NCBI GenBank assembly: GCA_030836365.1
Contig: JAURQB010000208.1
Coordinates: forward strand, 1-44,353
From: Bdellovibrionota bacterium
GTDB taxonomy: Bacteria; Bdellovibrionota; Bacteriovoracia; Bacteriovoracales; Bacteriovoracaceae
Length of the DNA: 44,353 nt
Reading direction: 5' to 3'
Both the position numbers and the translations under genes were made by a program. This document shows, one piece after another, positions 28,551 to 36,899 of the stretch. Under the pieces are notes generated by a model. The model was not told the origin of the DNA. It did not search any database and was given only the letters and a program-made list of their open reading frames with translations. Position 1 is the stretch's first letter; every line of letters starts with the position of its first letter.

Positions 28551-29044
28551 TAATGAATCTCCCTTTTTTGATTAGGGGCGATTTTTTCATTAATTGAAAA
28601 AATGAGACTAGTTAGTCCCATCAAAATGAAGGTGACGGGTATAACAAGTTGGATAATCCAAAGAGGAAATCCACCTAACATTGGATTAGAATCACCAAAC
28701 TCTCTGGACTCTAAAACGTACAGTAAACTGAAGTAAGTTGCTCCAAAACAAAAAACAGCAGAAACAAAATGGCGTATTCGATGGAAAGTACTTTTCATAC
28801 TTTCAGGCCATAATTTATCCGCAATCTCAGGTCTTAAATGTGCACCTTTATTATTAGTAAGCGAAGCTCCCAAAAAGCCGGCCCATATCATTAAGTAAAC
28901 ACTCGTTTTTTGTGCCCAATGAAACCCATGAGAAAAAAGCTCTCGCCCAAAAATATCGAGACTAATCAGAATGCTTAGCAGAGCAATACAAATCCCTGCA
29001 AGAACACGTTGAAACTTATCCATTCCCTCAATAAATGCTTTCAT
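28550..29044 (-). CDS. dctQ: TRAP transporter small permease (DctQ family)
   Basis: 164 aa with 4 predicted TM segments, positioned between dctP and dctM. Confidence 0.85.
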   Translation of the reverse strand: MKAFIEGMDKFQRVLAGICIALLSILISLDIFGRELFSHGFHWAQKTSVYLMIWAGFLGASLTNNKGAHLRPEIADKLWPESMKSTFHRIRHFVSAVFCFGATYFSLLYVLESREFGDSNPMLGGFPLWIIQLVIPVTFILMGLTSLIFSINEKIAPNQKREIH

Positions 29045-29104
29045 TTTTCCTACTTAATATTTATCGACTTTTAAATCTTAATTTTTTTGTTCAATTATAA
29101 AATC

Positions 29105-30103
29105 TTATTTTTTTTTATACGCTTCTTTACCTTTTAGAATAAGTTCGTAAATCTTATTAGAATCGCCACCAAGCTTTGCCACAATTTCTTCTTGGAGATT
29201 ACCAATGACCTTTCTAAATTCATCCCTCTCACCTTTTGAGAGTGTATAAACATTGATCCCCATCCCTTTTAAGATTTCAGTTAACTCTCCACCAAGAGCG
29301 CGAACAGATGCTCTTGAAGGAGCGGCCATATCATTGCCAGGGCCCATTAAAATTTTCTTTTGCTTATCATCCATTTTTTTCCAAAACTTAGCGGAATAAA
29401 CAACTGCAGCTGGTTGGTAAATATGTTCTGTTACAGAGAAATACTTAATAGCTGTTTGCCATTCTGCAGCCAGTGTAAAAAGTGCTGTATTATCAAATCC
29501 CTCAACAACACCAGTATTTAAAGCTGATAAAACTTCTGGGACTTCGATGGGAACAGCATTCGCTTCTACTTTTTTCCAAAACTCCATATGAGGGATCGCA
29601 TTTTGACTTCTGACTTTAACGCCTTTCAAATCACTTGGTTTTTTGACCTGCCGATTTTTAAGACCAATATTTCTCCAACCATTTTCGGCCCAACTAACAA
29701 AAATAAGTCCTTTCTTTTCAAAAAGTTCTTTAAATGGTTCGAGTAAATAATTATCTAAAACATAATCTGCTTCTTCATAACTATTAAAAATAAATGGAAT
29801 CTCCAACACATTCATTTCTGTGATGACAGAACCTAAAGCCGCTGAAGTAATTCCCCCTCCTTGAATTCGGCCTCTTCTGATGCCATTTAAAATTTCTAGC
29901 TCACCACCTAGCTGTCCACCGAGGTAGTTTTTTATTTTAATCGTTTTTCCGCTCTCTTGATCAACTCGCTTTTTTATTTCATCAAGCGTATCGGCCCAAG
30001 GAGTTCCTGCTGGAGCAACAGTTCCAAATTTAACGACAACGTCTTTAGCGAAAACGTTTAAACTGATTAACAAAAAGAACATTAACAATAAATTTTTCAT
30101 CAT
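29105..30103 (-). CDS. dctP: TRAP transporter periplasmic solute-binding protein (DctP/TatP type)
   Basis: Signal peptide, then FGTVAPAGTPWADTL...YLGGQLGGELEILNGIRRGRIQGGG, typical of the DctP family. Confidence 0.88.
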   Translation of the reverse strand: MMKNLLLMFFLLISLNVFAKDVVVKFGTVAPAGTPWADTLDEIKKRVDQESGKTIKIKNYLGGQLGGELEILNGIRRGRIQGGGITSAALGSVITEMNVLEIPFIFNSYEEADYVLDNYLLEPFKELFEKKGLIFVSWAENGWRNIGLKNRQVKKPSDLKGVKVRSQNAIPHMEFWKKVEANAVPIEVPEVLSALNTGVVEGFDNTALFTLAAEWQTAIKYFSVTEHIYQPAAVVYSAKFWKKMDDKQKKILMGPGNDMAAPSRASVRALGGELTEILKGMGINVYTLSKGERDEFRKVIGNLQEEIVAKLGGDSNKIYELILKGKEAYKKK

Positions 30104-30126
30104 TACTCCAAGCTAGGACATCTTAA

Positions 30127-30996
30127 TTAAAATAGCTCATCAATTTGAGAAAGAAGCTTCTTTGCTTTTCTTTGCTCAATTCTATTTTCAGGTGCGATTG
30201 CCTTAACTTTGTTAGGATTCATTTTTAAAACTTTATTAAGGTTTTTAACAAACATGTCTTTGTCACCTTTCTTTTTCGCCCAGTAATCAGCGATTAGAAC
30301 ATAGTTTCCTAGGTAATTTTTTTCTGTCCTTACTGCGTTATTAAAACTTTTGATAGATTTATCCATATCTCCGCCAGCAAAACCAGGTGCAACAGCGTAG
30401 TAAGCTCCCCAGTAGCGATCGAATGCTCCGTAGAAGAAGTTTTTATCTAATTCACCAACTCTATTAATCATATTTTTAATTTGAGCCTTGTATTTAAGAA
30501 CTGTTGCGATCCCACTGTTTTTCCCCCACTTACCAAGGTTAACAGCTGTCCAGTAGATTGCTTCAATTTGTCCTTTATCTAGATACTGAAGAACATCAGC
30601 AATTTTTTCACCATTATCGATCACGCGTTTTTTAAATTCAGGGTTAGCCGCCATTGCTTTTTCCCCCCAAGTGATACCAGTTTCCCAGTTTTTCTTTTTC
30701 TCATCCATGTTATCTAGATGCCCATCAGCGAGAAGGTAGTATCCTCTTGAAAGATAAGCCATTGCTTCATAAGAATTATTTGAATTCGCAATTTTTTCAA
30801 ATGAAGCAAGAGATTTTAAAAGACTTTCTTTATTATCTCTTTTTCTCCAGTAAGATTTTGCCGTTTTCATCTCTTTAGAAAGCTCAACCTTTGAAAGCGA
30901 CTTACCTCCAAAAATTTTATTCCAGCCGGCAATCCGAGATGTTGCACAAGAAGTTAGTAATAAGGATAGCGTTGTTACAATAAGTAAATTTTTCAT
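30127..30996 (-). CDS. TatT-like TPR/helical-repeat lipoprotein associated with the TRAP transporter
   Basis: Lipobox LLLTSC|A. All-helical, 289 aa. Sits directly upstream of dctPQM as in TPR-protein-associated TRAP transporters. YWTAVNLGKWGK and FDRYWGAYYAVAPGFAGGDMDKS look like my recollection of the TatT family. Confidence 0.65.
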   Translation of the reverse strand: MKNLLIVTTLSLLLTSCATSRIAGWNKIFGGKSLSKVELSKEMKTAKSYWRKRDNKESLLKSLASFEKIANSNNSYEAMAYLSRGYYLLADGHLDNMDEKKKNWETGITWGEKAMAANPEFKKRVIDNGEKIADVLQYLDKGQIEAIYWTAVNLGKWGKNSGIATVLKYKAQIKNMINRVGELDKNFFYGAFDRYWGAYYAVAPGFAGGDMDKSIKSFNNAVRTEKNYLGNYVLIADYWAKKKGDKDMFVKNLNKVLKMNPNKVKAIAPENRIEQRKAKKLLSQIDELF

Positions 30997-31700
30997 TCAC
31001 CTTTCTCCAATAGTAAAATGTTTTCGTTAATATATTTTGCGACTCTTTTATTTGTTTTAAAGGTTGGATCTTTCATTAACCGTTTTAAGCTTGTTAATGT
31101 ATTTCTAGGCCAATCTTTTTGAAAAATATTTACCAACCACTTTGGGACACTTCCCATTGGGTCTACTAAAATTTCAACGGCCATTTTTGTCACACCAGGT
31201 TTATCCGTCTTCGAAATAAAGTAATTACTCTCAATGATCTTTCCACGAACAACGCCTTTTCTTAGTGGCATTGCCTTATGCTCAGTATTTTGAAGATTTA
31301 AAACGAATGTTTCCGCTTTTGGAAAATATTTAAACTCTGCTTTATAAATAAAGTCACGATCAGATAAAGGCCATGGCGTTCCAGAGTGATAATACTCAAT
31401 ACGAACTCGTGGATTTAAAATTTCAAGGGTTCTAACCTCTTTTAAGTCATGCATCCACTCTTCTTTTCTTTCCATGTCAGCTAGCGAAGAAACTACTCGC
31501 TCAATAGGAAAGTTAAGTATCGTTTCACCTCTAAAAGCAACAACATCAGCACCCTTTACATCGGCTTCAAAAATTTTTATGCCATCAACTTCTTTCGCTA
31601 AGCTCCACTTGTGCTTAGTCGAAACAGAAATCGCCTCTGCAGAAATAGTAAAAGAGAAACAAAAAGAAATTATGCAAATTGAAGCCATTAATCGAATCAT
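30993..31700 (-). CDS. Secreted START/SRPBCC lipid-binding domain protein
   Basis: Signal peptide MIRLMASICIISFCFSFTISAEA. START-like pattern W..AKEVDGIKIF...FRGETIL...EWMHDL...PWPLSDRDFIY...VRGKII.S.YFI...VDPMGSVPKWLVN. The stop overlaps the tatT-like start (ATGA). The ORF-track TTG at 31703 is replaced by the ATG at 31700. Confidence 0.75.
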   Translation of the reverse strand: MIRLMASICIISFCFSFTISAEAISVSTKHKWSLAKEVDGIKIFEADVKGADVVAFRGETILNFPIERVVSSLADMERKEEWMHDLKEVRTLEILNPRVRIEYYHSGTPWPLSDRDFIYKAEFKYFPKAETFVLNLQNTEHKAMPLRKGVVRGKIIESNYFISKTDKPGVTKMAVEILVDPMGSVPKWLVNIFQKDWPRNTLTSLKRLMKDPTFKTNKRVAKYINENILLLEKGE

Positions 31701-31869
31701 CAAGTTCGTCCTAAATAATTAAAATAAGTTATATTCTAGCCAAGTCCTGTAAAAAGACAAATCAGTAACTTATGTTTGACCAATACGACGAGCCGCATTG
31801 TGAGAATTAGAAATTTGACCTATGAAAGAAATATTTTGTGGAATTAGAAAAATGGGATTGTTTAAGTGA

Positions 31870-31954
31870 TGGTGCCCAGGAGAGGACTTGAACCTCCACA
31901 CCTTGCGGCACTAGATCCTAAGTCTAGCGTGTCTACCAATTTCACCACCTGGGC
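31870..31954 (-). tRNA. tRNA-Leu (anticodon UAG), type II, CCA encoded
   Basis: Hand-folded on the minus strand. Acceptor GCCCAGG/CCTGGGC, anticodon stem CTAGA/TCTAG with loop CTTAGGA, variable arm TGCCGCAAGGTGT, T arm GGAGG-TTCAAGT-CCTCT, then A-CCA. Confidence 0.9.
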
Positions 31955-31963
31955 ATGGGAAGG

Positions 31964-31992
31964 TTTATAGCGAAGTATTCCTTTTTTGCCAA
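31964..31992 (-). promoter_or_regulatory. Sigma-70-type promoter for tRNA-Leu(UAG)
   Basis: On the minus strand: TTGGCA (31992-31987), 17 nt, TATAAA (31969-31964). The tRNA 5' end is 9 nt downstream. Confidence 0.55.
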
Positions 31993-32095
31993 GTCATAAA
32001 AACCATATTTTTCATCCAACTCGATTATCGGTCATTGACCACAAGCCAAAAACAATGGGAAAATAAGTACTTGTATTCTTAAAAGGCATTAGTAA

Positions 32096-33517
32096 ATGAA
32101 TAATTCTGTCCCCCTTTGTGTCGATCTCGACCACACCCTTGTCAAAACCGACCTTCTGCATGAAACATTTGTTAATTCGGTAAAGAAAAACCCTCTCAAT
32201 ATTATTTTTACCATTCTCTGGCTTTTCAAGGGGCGAAGTTATTTAAAAAAGAAATTATTTGAAATTTCAGATGTAAAAATTGAAGATCTACCTCTTAACA
32301 CAGAAGTCGCTGAATTTTGTAAAGAAGAAAGTGAAAAAGGTAGACAGGTCTATCTTGTCTCCGCTTCCTCCGAAAAAATAATCGACCAATTTTTAAAAAA
32401 ATATTCTTTTTTTAACGATGGATGGGGGTCAAGTGAATCTCATAATTTAAAAGGAAAAAATAAAGCATCTTTTTTAGTCGAAAAATTTGGAGAAAAGGGC
32501 TTCGATTATATTGGAGACTCTCGAGCAGATATTCCAGTGTGGAAAAGTGCAAATAATAGTCTTCTTGTTTCATATAGCTCGAAAGGTTTTGACCAGGTTA
32601 ATTTTTCAAAGACATTTTCAAGCTCTCGAAACTCTTTTATTAAAATTCTAAAAACGCTAAGACCCCACCAATATGCTAAAAATATTTTATTATTTGGTGC
32701 CCTTATTCTTTCACATGAATACTTCAACATTTCTGCTATTCAAAACACAATTCTTAGTTTTATCTCATTTTCATTAATTGCTTCGTCCATTTATATTTTA
32801 AATGACATAAGTGACCTTGCAAGTGATAGGCAACATAAAACAAAAAGATTTCGCCCAATTCCAGCGGGGGAGATTACACTACCGACAGCTATCGGATTAG
32901 GAATATTATGCAATGTTATTGGTTTAGGGATATCTCTTTTGCTTCCTTATCAATTCACAATAGCGGTCACTACGTATATTTTTTTAAATATACTGTACTC
33001 CAGTTTACTAAAGAAGCTTCCCGTTCTTGACGTCATCTTGTTAAGTGCTTTCTATATGATAAGGCTTCAAGCCGGAGGCCTTGCAACCAATATATTTATA
33101 TCACACTGGCTCATTACATTTAGCCTTTTTATTTTTCTATCCCTCGGTTTTTTAAAAAGGTACAGCGAGCTTTTTGAACTTTTCCATAGCCAAGGCCTAT
33201 CTAGCTCGAAAGGAAGGGGTTATGAAGTAAATGACCTAAATATCATTCTAATGTTTGGTGTTGGAACTGCTCAGTTATCCATCCTTTCTATGATCCTTTA
33301 TTTATTTTCTGAAAATGCCGCAAGATATTATCAAAATCCTAAAATACTATTTTTAAATGCAATTATCATTTTCTACTGGATATCGCTTATGTGGTTTAAA
33401 GGTTCAAAGGGAAAAGTAAATCAAGACCCCGTAAAATACGCGATAACTGACAAGACAAGTATCATGTGTGGACTAAGTATTATTGTTATTTTAATGCTCG
33501 GAAAATATATCCCGTAA
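32096..33517 (+). CDS. HAD-like hydrolase fused to a UbiA-family polyprenyl-phosphate phosphoribosyltransferase (DPPR-synthase-like)
   Basis: N-terminal DxDxT motif (CVDLDHTLVKTD) and a later GDSRADIP. The C-terminal 8-9 TM domain carries NDISDLASDRQHKTKRFRPIPAGE, matching the NDxxDxxxDRxHPxKRxRPIAAG signature of the Rv3806c-type UbiA subfamily. Confidence 0.8.
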   Translation: MNNSVPLCVDLDHTLVKTDLLHETFVNSVKKNPLNIIFTILWLFKGRSYLKKKLFEISDVKIEDLPLNTEVAEFCKEESEKGRQVYLVSASSEKIIDQFLKKYSFFNDGWGSSESHNLKGKNKASFLVEKFGEKGFDYIGDSRADIPVWKSANNSLLVSYSSKGFDQVNFSKTFSSSRNSFIKILKTLRPHQYAKNILLFGALILSHEYFNISAIQNTILSFISFSLIASSIYILNDISDLASDRQHKTKRFRPIPAGEITLPTAIGLGILCNVIGLGISLLLPYQFTIAVTTYIFLNILYSSLLKKLPVLDVILLSAFYMIRLQAGGLATNIFISHWLITFSLFIFLSLGFLKRYSELFELFHSQGLSSSKGRGYEVNDLNIILMFGVGTAQLSILSMILYLFSENAARYYQNPKILFLNAIIIFYWISLMWFKGSKGKVNQDPVKYAITDKTSIMCGLSIIVILMLGKYIP

Positions 33518-33539
33518 TTTTAGCTTTGCCTTTCCGAAA

Positions 33540-36017
33540 TTAAGAAGCTTTTTTTCGCTTTGAGAGTTGATCCCTAATTGATTTCTTGTATTTCTCTAAC
33601 TCTCCAATACTACGTCTCAGCTGACTAGATAACGACCGGTTTTCATTTTTTATTTTTGTGTGTTCTATTTGAAGATGAGTAAGTTTTTTGGCTAGAGATT
33701 TAGCTCCCTCTGATAACTTTTCGTTCAATAATTCTAGCTTCTCGACTTTCCTCTCGTACGATTTTTGAATAAGGCTCTCTCTATTTGTTTTATCTTCTAC
33801 CTGCCCTGAAGTAAGTTCATCTATTTCTTTTTCCATATTTTGAAGCTTATTCTCAAGGTCTAACGCCTGACTTTTAAGCTGCCTTTCTCTAAGTCTCAGC
33901 CTATTTTTTTCCTTTTGTAAATTATTTCTATCGGTCAACAACTCAAAATTTCTGGCTTTATAGTCTCCAAGGATGGAGTTTTGTTCCTCTAGCTTTTTAG
34001 CCATTGATCTACCAATATTCTTAAATTTTTCTATTTCTTTTTTTTGACCGTATTTTCTATTAGTTGAAATATTGATATCTGTCTCTTTATTATCATCTGA
34101 ATCTGAGAAGTAGCTGTGATCCTCGTTATCTTTTCTGATTATTATATTAGTTTTTACCTGATCTTCATTGTCACTACCAATGATCCTCATTTCGCCTTGC
34201 TGCTGATCAATCAACTTTGCTTCGAGCTTTTTTATATATTGATTTTTTCTTTTAACGATTCGCTCAAAATCATTAGTCTTACTTGAATCCTCATTATTAG
34301 TTGTCTCTTTTTTTACCATTTCTTTAAAAACTGGATGCATCTCACTCTTTTGAAACTTTAAAGTTTCAAGGGCCGTAGACAATGATGATATCTGCTTATC
34401 TTTTTGCTCAATTTTTTTTTGATAAGATTTAATCATTTCATTTATTTTACCCCAATCATCATTTGATTTAACGATATTATTCATTCGATCAGATAAAAAA
34501 CCAGAAATAATATTTTGCGATATTTTTAGTCCAAACTCTTTTAGCTCAGGAGCTTCTCTTTCCGTAATGCGCAAAACAAAATTCTCTACATCTATTTTAT
34601 TTTTTAAACCCCCTTTAACTTTTAATGCTTCATCTTTTATTCTACTGCTTAGCGTTTTAACCTTTTGAATTAGATCATCTTTTTTAAACTTTTTAGCACC
34701 AACAATAATTTGTTTTTCATTTATCTCAACTTTTTCGGCTTCACTTACGACTACACTGCCATCCTCTTCAAGGTTTATCTCTCCCTTGCCGACGATGAGC
34801 ATTGGAAGTTCGTCCTCATCAAAACTGTCAATCACGTTTGCGATTTCATTTTCCACTTGGTTAGCAGCCACTACTTGAGTAAACATATCCTCCTTCGCGC
34901 GAGCTAAAATAACAGTTGACTCAACATCATTACTTATATCTACAACTCTCTCTAATTCCTCATCAGAAAAAGGCACCCCCTTGATGCTAGCGTCTTCATT
35001 AATGATACTTTTAACTTTTTCAATATCGAACTTGTCTGAATAGCTTTCCTTTTGCCCTAATACTCTAACGGCTAGATCTTCTATACTTTCTTTTCTTTTT
35101 TTATTTATTTTAGGCTTGTGGAGTATTCCAGGATGATTAATACCCTCCATACTCTTATCTCGGCTTAAACCAAGTAGAACACCTGACTTTTCTGTCGTTA
35201 AATTTTCAGGGTCAACAAATTTTTCAAGGGATTTAACAATTTTATCAATTTTTAATTGCAAAACACCACTCGAGTTAGTTTTTGAAAACTTTAGTACAAT
35301 CTGAAGTTTTGCCTTACTGAAAGTAACTTGAGAAAAATTGGCATAAAGGCACGCATCCATTAGAAGTGTCTCTTCATACTTGCTTGATTCTATTAATAAA
35401 TAATCTAAAAGAAAAATGGGGTCTAATTTTTCATGCTCGATATCAAGTTCAATATCAATCTCATCACTTCCTTCAATCTCATATAATTTTATGAGAACAG
35501 GTTTTTTGATGGATTCGTTTAAATATAAGCTAGAAACAAACTGCCCAATCTTAAAAAGAGAATTGTAAACCTCAAGAGAAGAATGTTTTTTTGATTGAAG
35601 GTGAAATCCAACCTCATCTATAATCCCACCGATATTAAAAAGACTATTAAGGCCAAAGGTGTATACTTCAACATCATTTCTGACAAAATTATTTTCGAAA
35701 TAACATTCTTGCCAAAACTTCTCATCTACTAACACATCAATATTTTCAATGAGGATTGTTTCTTTTTTTAAATGCTCTCTCGGATGAAACCCCTCAATTA
35801 AAAGAATAACTTTCGCAGGGTATATTTTATTTTCATTCATCCAATCCAAACAATTTTCGTACCCTAATATATCACCAATAAATAGATCTACCCTTTCCTC
35901 ACCAATATCTTCCTTTTTATTACAAGACAATTTTACAGGTAAATCTTTTTCAAAAAATTCTTTTTGTAGATCGATATCTGAGAAAAAAATAAGACTTTCA
36001 ATAGTTTTCTCGTTCAT
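33540..36017 (-). CDS. Hypothetical 825-aa protein: REC-like N-terminus, unknown central region, long C-terminal coiled coil
   Basis: ORF track. I see no TM segment and no Walker A. The first ~110 aa show a receiver-like beta/alpha spacing (LIFFSDID, VDLFIGDI, KVILLIEG). The last ~350 aa are K/E/Q/L-rich heptads (e.g. KNRLRLRERQLKSQALDLENKLQNMEKEIDEL). The start overlaps the upstream stop by 4 nt. Confidence 0.6.
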   Translation of the reverse strand: MNEKTIESLIFFSDIDLQKEFFEKDLPVKLSCNKKEDIGEERVDLFIGDILGYENCLDWMNENKIYPAKVILLIEGFHPREHLKKETILIENIDVLVDEKFWQECYFENNFVRNDVEVYTFGLNSLFNIGGIIDEVGFHLQSKKHSSLEVYNSLFKIGQFVSSLYLNESIKKPVLIKLYEIEGSDEIDIELDIEHEKLDPIFLLDYLLIESSKYEETLLMDACLYANFSQVTFSKAKLQIVLKFSKTNSSGVLQLKIDKIVKSLEKFVDPENLTTEKSGVLLGLSRDKSMEGINHPGILHKPKINKKRKESIEDLAVRVLGQKESYSDKFDIEKVKSIINEDASIKGVPFSDEELERVVDISNDVESTVILARAKEDMFTQVVAANQVENEIANVIDSFDEDELPMLIVGKGEINLEEDGSVVVSEAEKVEINEKQIIVGAKKFKKDDLIQKVKTLSSRIKDEALKVKGGLKNKIDVENFVLRITEREAPELKEFGLKISQNIISGFLSDRMNNIVKSNDDWGKINEMIKSYQKKIEQKDKQISSLSTALETLKFQKSEMHPVFKEMVKKETTNNEDSSKTNDFERIVKRKNQYIKKLEAKLIDQQQGEMRIIGSDNEDQVKTNIIIRKDNEDHSYFSDSDDNKETDINISTNRKYGQKKEIEKFKNIGRSMAKKLEEQNSILGDYKARNFELLTDRNNLQKEKNRLRLRERQLKSQALDLENKLQNMEKEIDELTSGQVEDKTNRESLIQKSYERKVEKLELLNEKLSEGAKSLAKKLTHLQIEHTKIKNENRSLSSQLRRSIGELEKYKKSIRDQLSKRKKAS

Positions 36018-36715
36018 GCAATGCCCTTATCAAGTTTTTCCTCTGACAAGAAACTATTAATCTGATCATAAATCGCAATATAAGTTAAATTGTTTTCAAT
36101 TAATTCCTTTAGCCCAATCAACTGATGCTGATAAATACAAGGTCGAATCAATTTAAATTTATTAAATATTTCATTAGCGCCTAAATAATTGTGTCTCTGT
36201 GAAGCTACGTACGAAGACAAATAACCTTTGTCATAAAGCCCCACACTTACATAAATCAATATTCTAAATAATAGACTTACTTCATAGCTAAATACATCAT
36301 CGTCTCCCACTCCTTGGTAGGATTCTTTTTTCATAGGAAAAGCATGATGGAAGTTTCTTATCAATTGCCCAATGTGTAGATGACCGGCAAGAAAATACTC
36401 TAAAAAATTCTTAACGACGGTTTTTTTCTCCTCATAACGGTCTTCTCTAAACAACAAATCCCAGTCAAAAATCACTTCACTTTGAAACCTTAAATTTGCC
36501 GTTTTTAACACATAAAAGTAGTCAGGCTGATTAAAAATATTTTCTTTTTGCTTTTGATTTAGAAAAGAGCCTTCCAAAAAATATATCTTAAAATGTGGAG
36601 ACTGTTTTCTCTTAAAATATATATTAAAAGGTATGATTGAATTTCGGTTTAACACCTCTTCAAATCCTTCCACACTTGCGGCCATGATATAATCTTGCTT
36701 TTGTTTAGTCCCCAT
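36014..36715 (-). CDS. Hypothetical protein, possible degenerate HD(-GYP-like) domain
   Basis: The ORF track starts at the GTG at 36718, and an ATG follows at 36715. The N-terminal IPFNIYFKRKQSPHFKIYFLEGSFLNQKQKENIF..DYFYVLK resembles the module preceding HD-GYP domains. Next come FHHAF, about 38 aa, and GLYDKGYL, where HD proteins have LHDIGK (His to Tyr). There is no HHExxDGxGYP. Confidence 0.5.
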   Translation of the reverse strand: MGTKQKQDYIMAASVEGFEEVLNRNSIIPFNIYFKRKQSPHFKIYFLEGSFLNQKQKENIFNQPDYFYVLKTANLRFQSEVIFDWDLLFREDRYEEKKTVVKNFLEYFLAGHLHIGQLIRNFHHAFPMKKESYQGVGDDDVFSYEVSLLFRILIYVSVGLYDKGYLSSYVASQRHNYLGANEIFNKFKLIRPCIYQHQLIGLKELIENNLTYIAIYDQINSFLSEEKLDKGIA

Positions 36716-36724
36716 CACTAAACG

Positions 36725-36750
36725 TATCGGAAAATCAGCAACTTGCCTTA
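36725..36750 (-). promoter_or_regulatory. Sigma-28 (FliA)-like promoter for the 234-aa/825-aa operon
   Basis: On the minus strand: TAAG (36750-36747), 16 nt, CCGATA (36730-36725). The spacing is identical to the Hpt box. The ATG is 9 nt downstream and the GTG 6 nt downstream. Confidence 0.4.
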
Positions 36751-36798
36751 CATTAAAAATGCTTTTGAGTAGGACGTAACTATCTAATTTTTTTATAC

Positions 36799-36827
36799 TT
36801 GCTTAGTCATTTGTCATGACCAAGCAA
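36799..36827. repeat. Inverted repeat (12-nt arms, 5-nt spacer) between oppF and the 234-aa gene
   Basis: TTGCTTAGTCAT-ttgtc-ATGACCAAGCAA pairs at 11 of 12 positions on the plus strand. In the minus-strand RNA the mismatch becomes a G-U pair, giving a continuous 12-bp stem. No U-tract follows it. Confidence 0.6.
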
Positions 36828-36899
36828 TGAAATTTCACGGTAACTAAAAATATAAAAAATAAATCTTATTGATGACCAATAACAGTAAATAAAATTTGC

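Noticed and set aside
31800-31869. A 10-nt direct repeat GAATTAGAAA (about 31803 and 31842), and an 8-nt inverted repeat ATAAGTTA/TAACTTAT (about 31725-31775), between tRNA-Leu(UAG) and the START gene.
   Set aside because: These are short AT-rich matches expected by chance in AT-rich intergenic DNA. I could find no supporting structure or coding signal.
21126-31954. A 10.8-kb block bracketed by two tRNA-Leu genes, which might be a tRNA-targeted genomic island.
   Set aside because: The tRNAs are different isoacceptors (CAA and UAG) in convergent orientation. I saw no integrase, recombinase or phage gene and no direct repeat of either tRNA 3' end. The content is ordinary metabolism and envelope genes (hemJ, msrB, murG-like, TRAP transporter).
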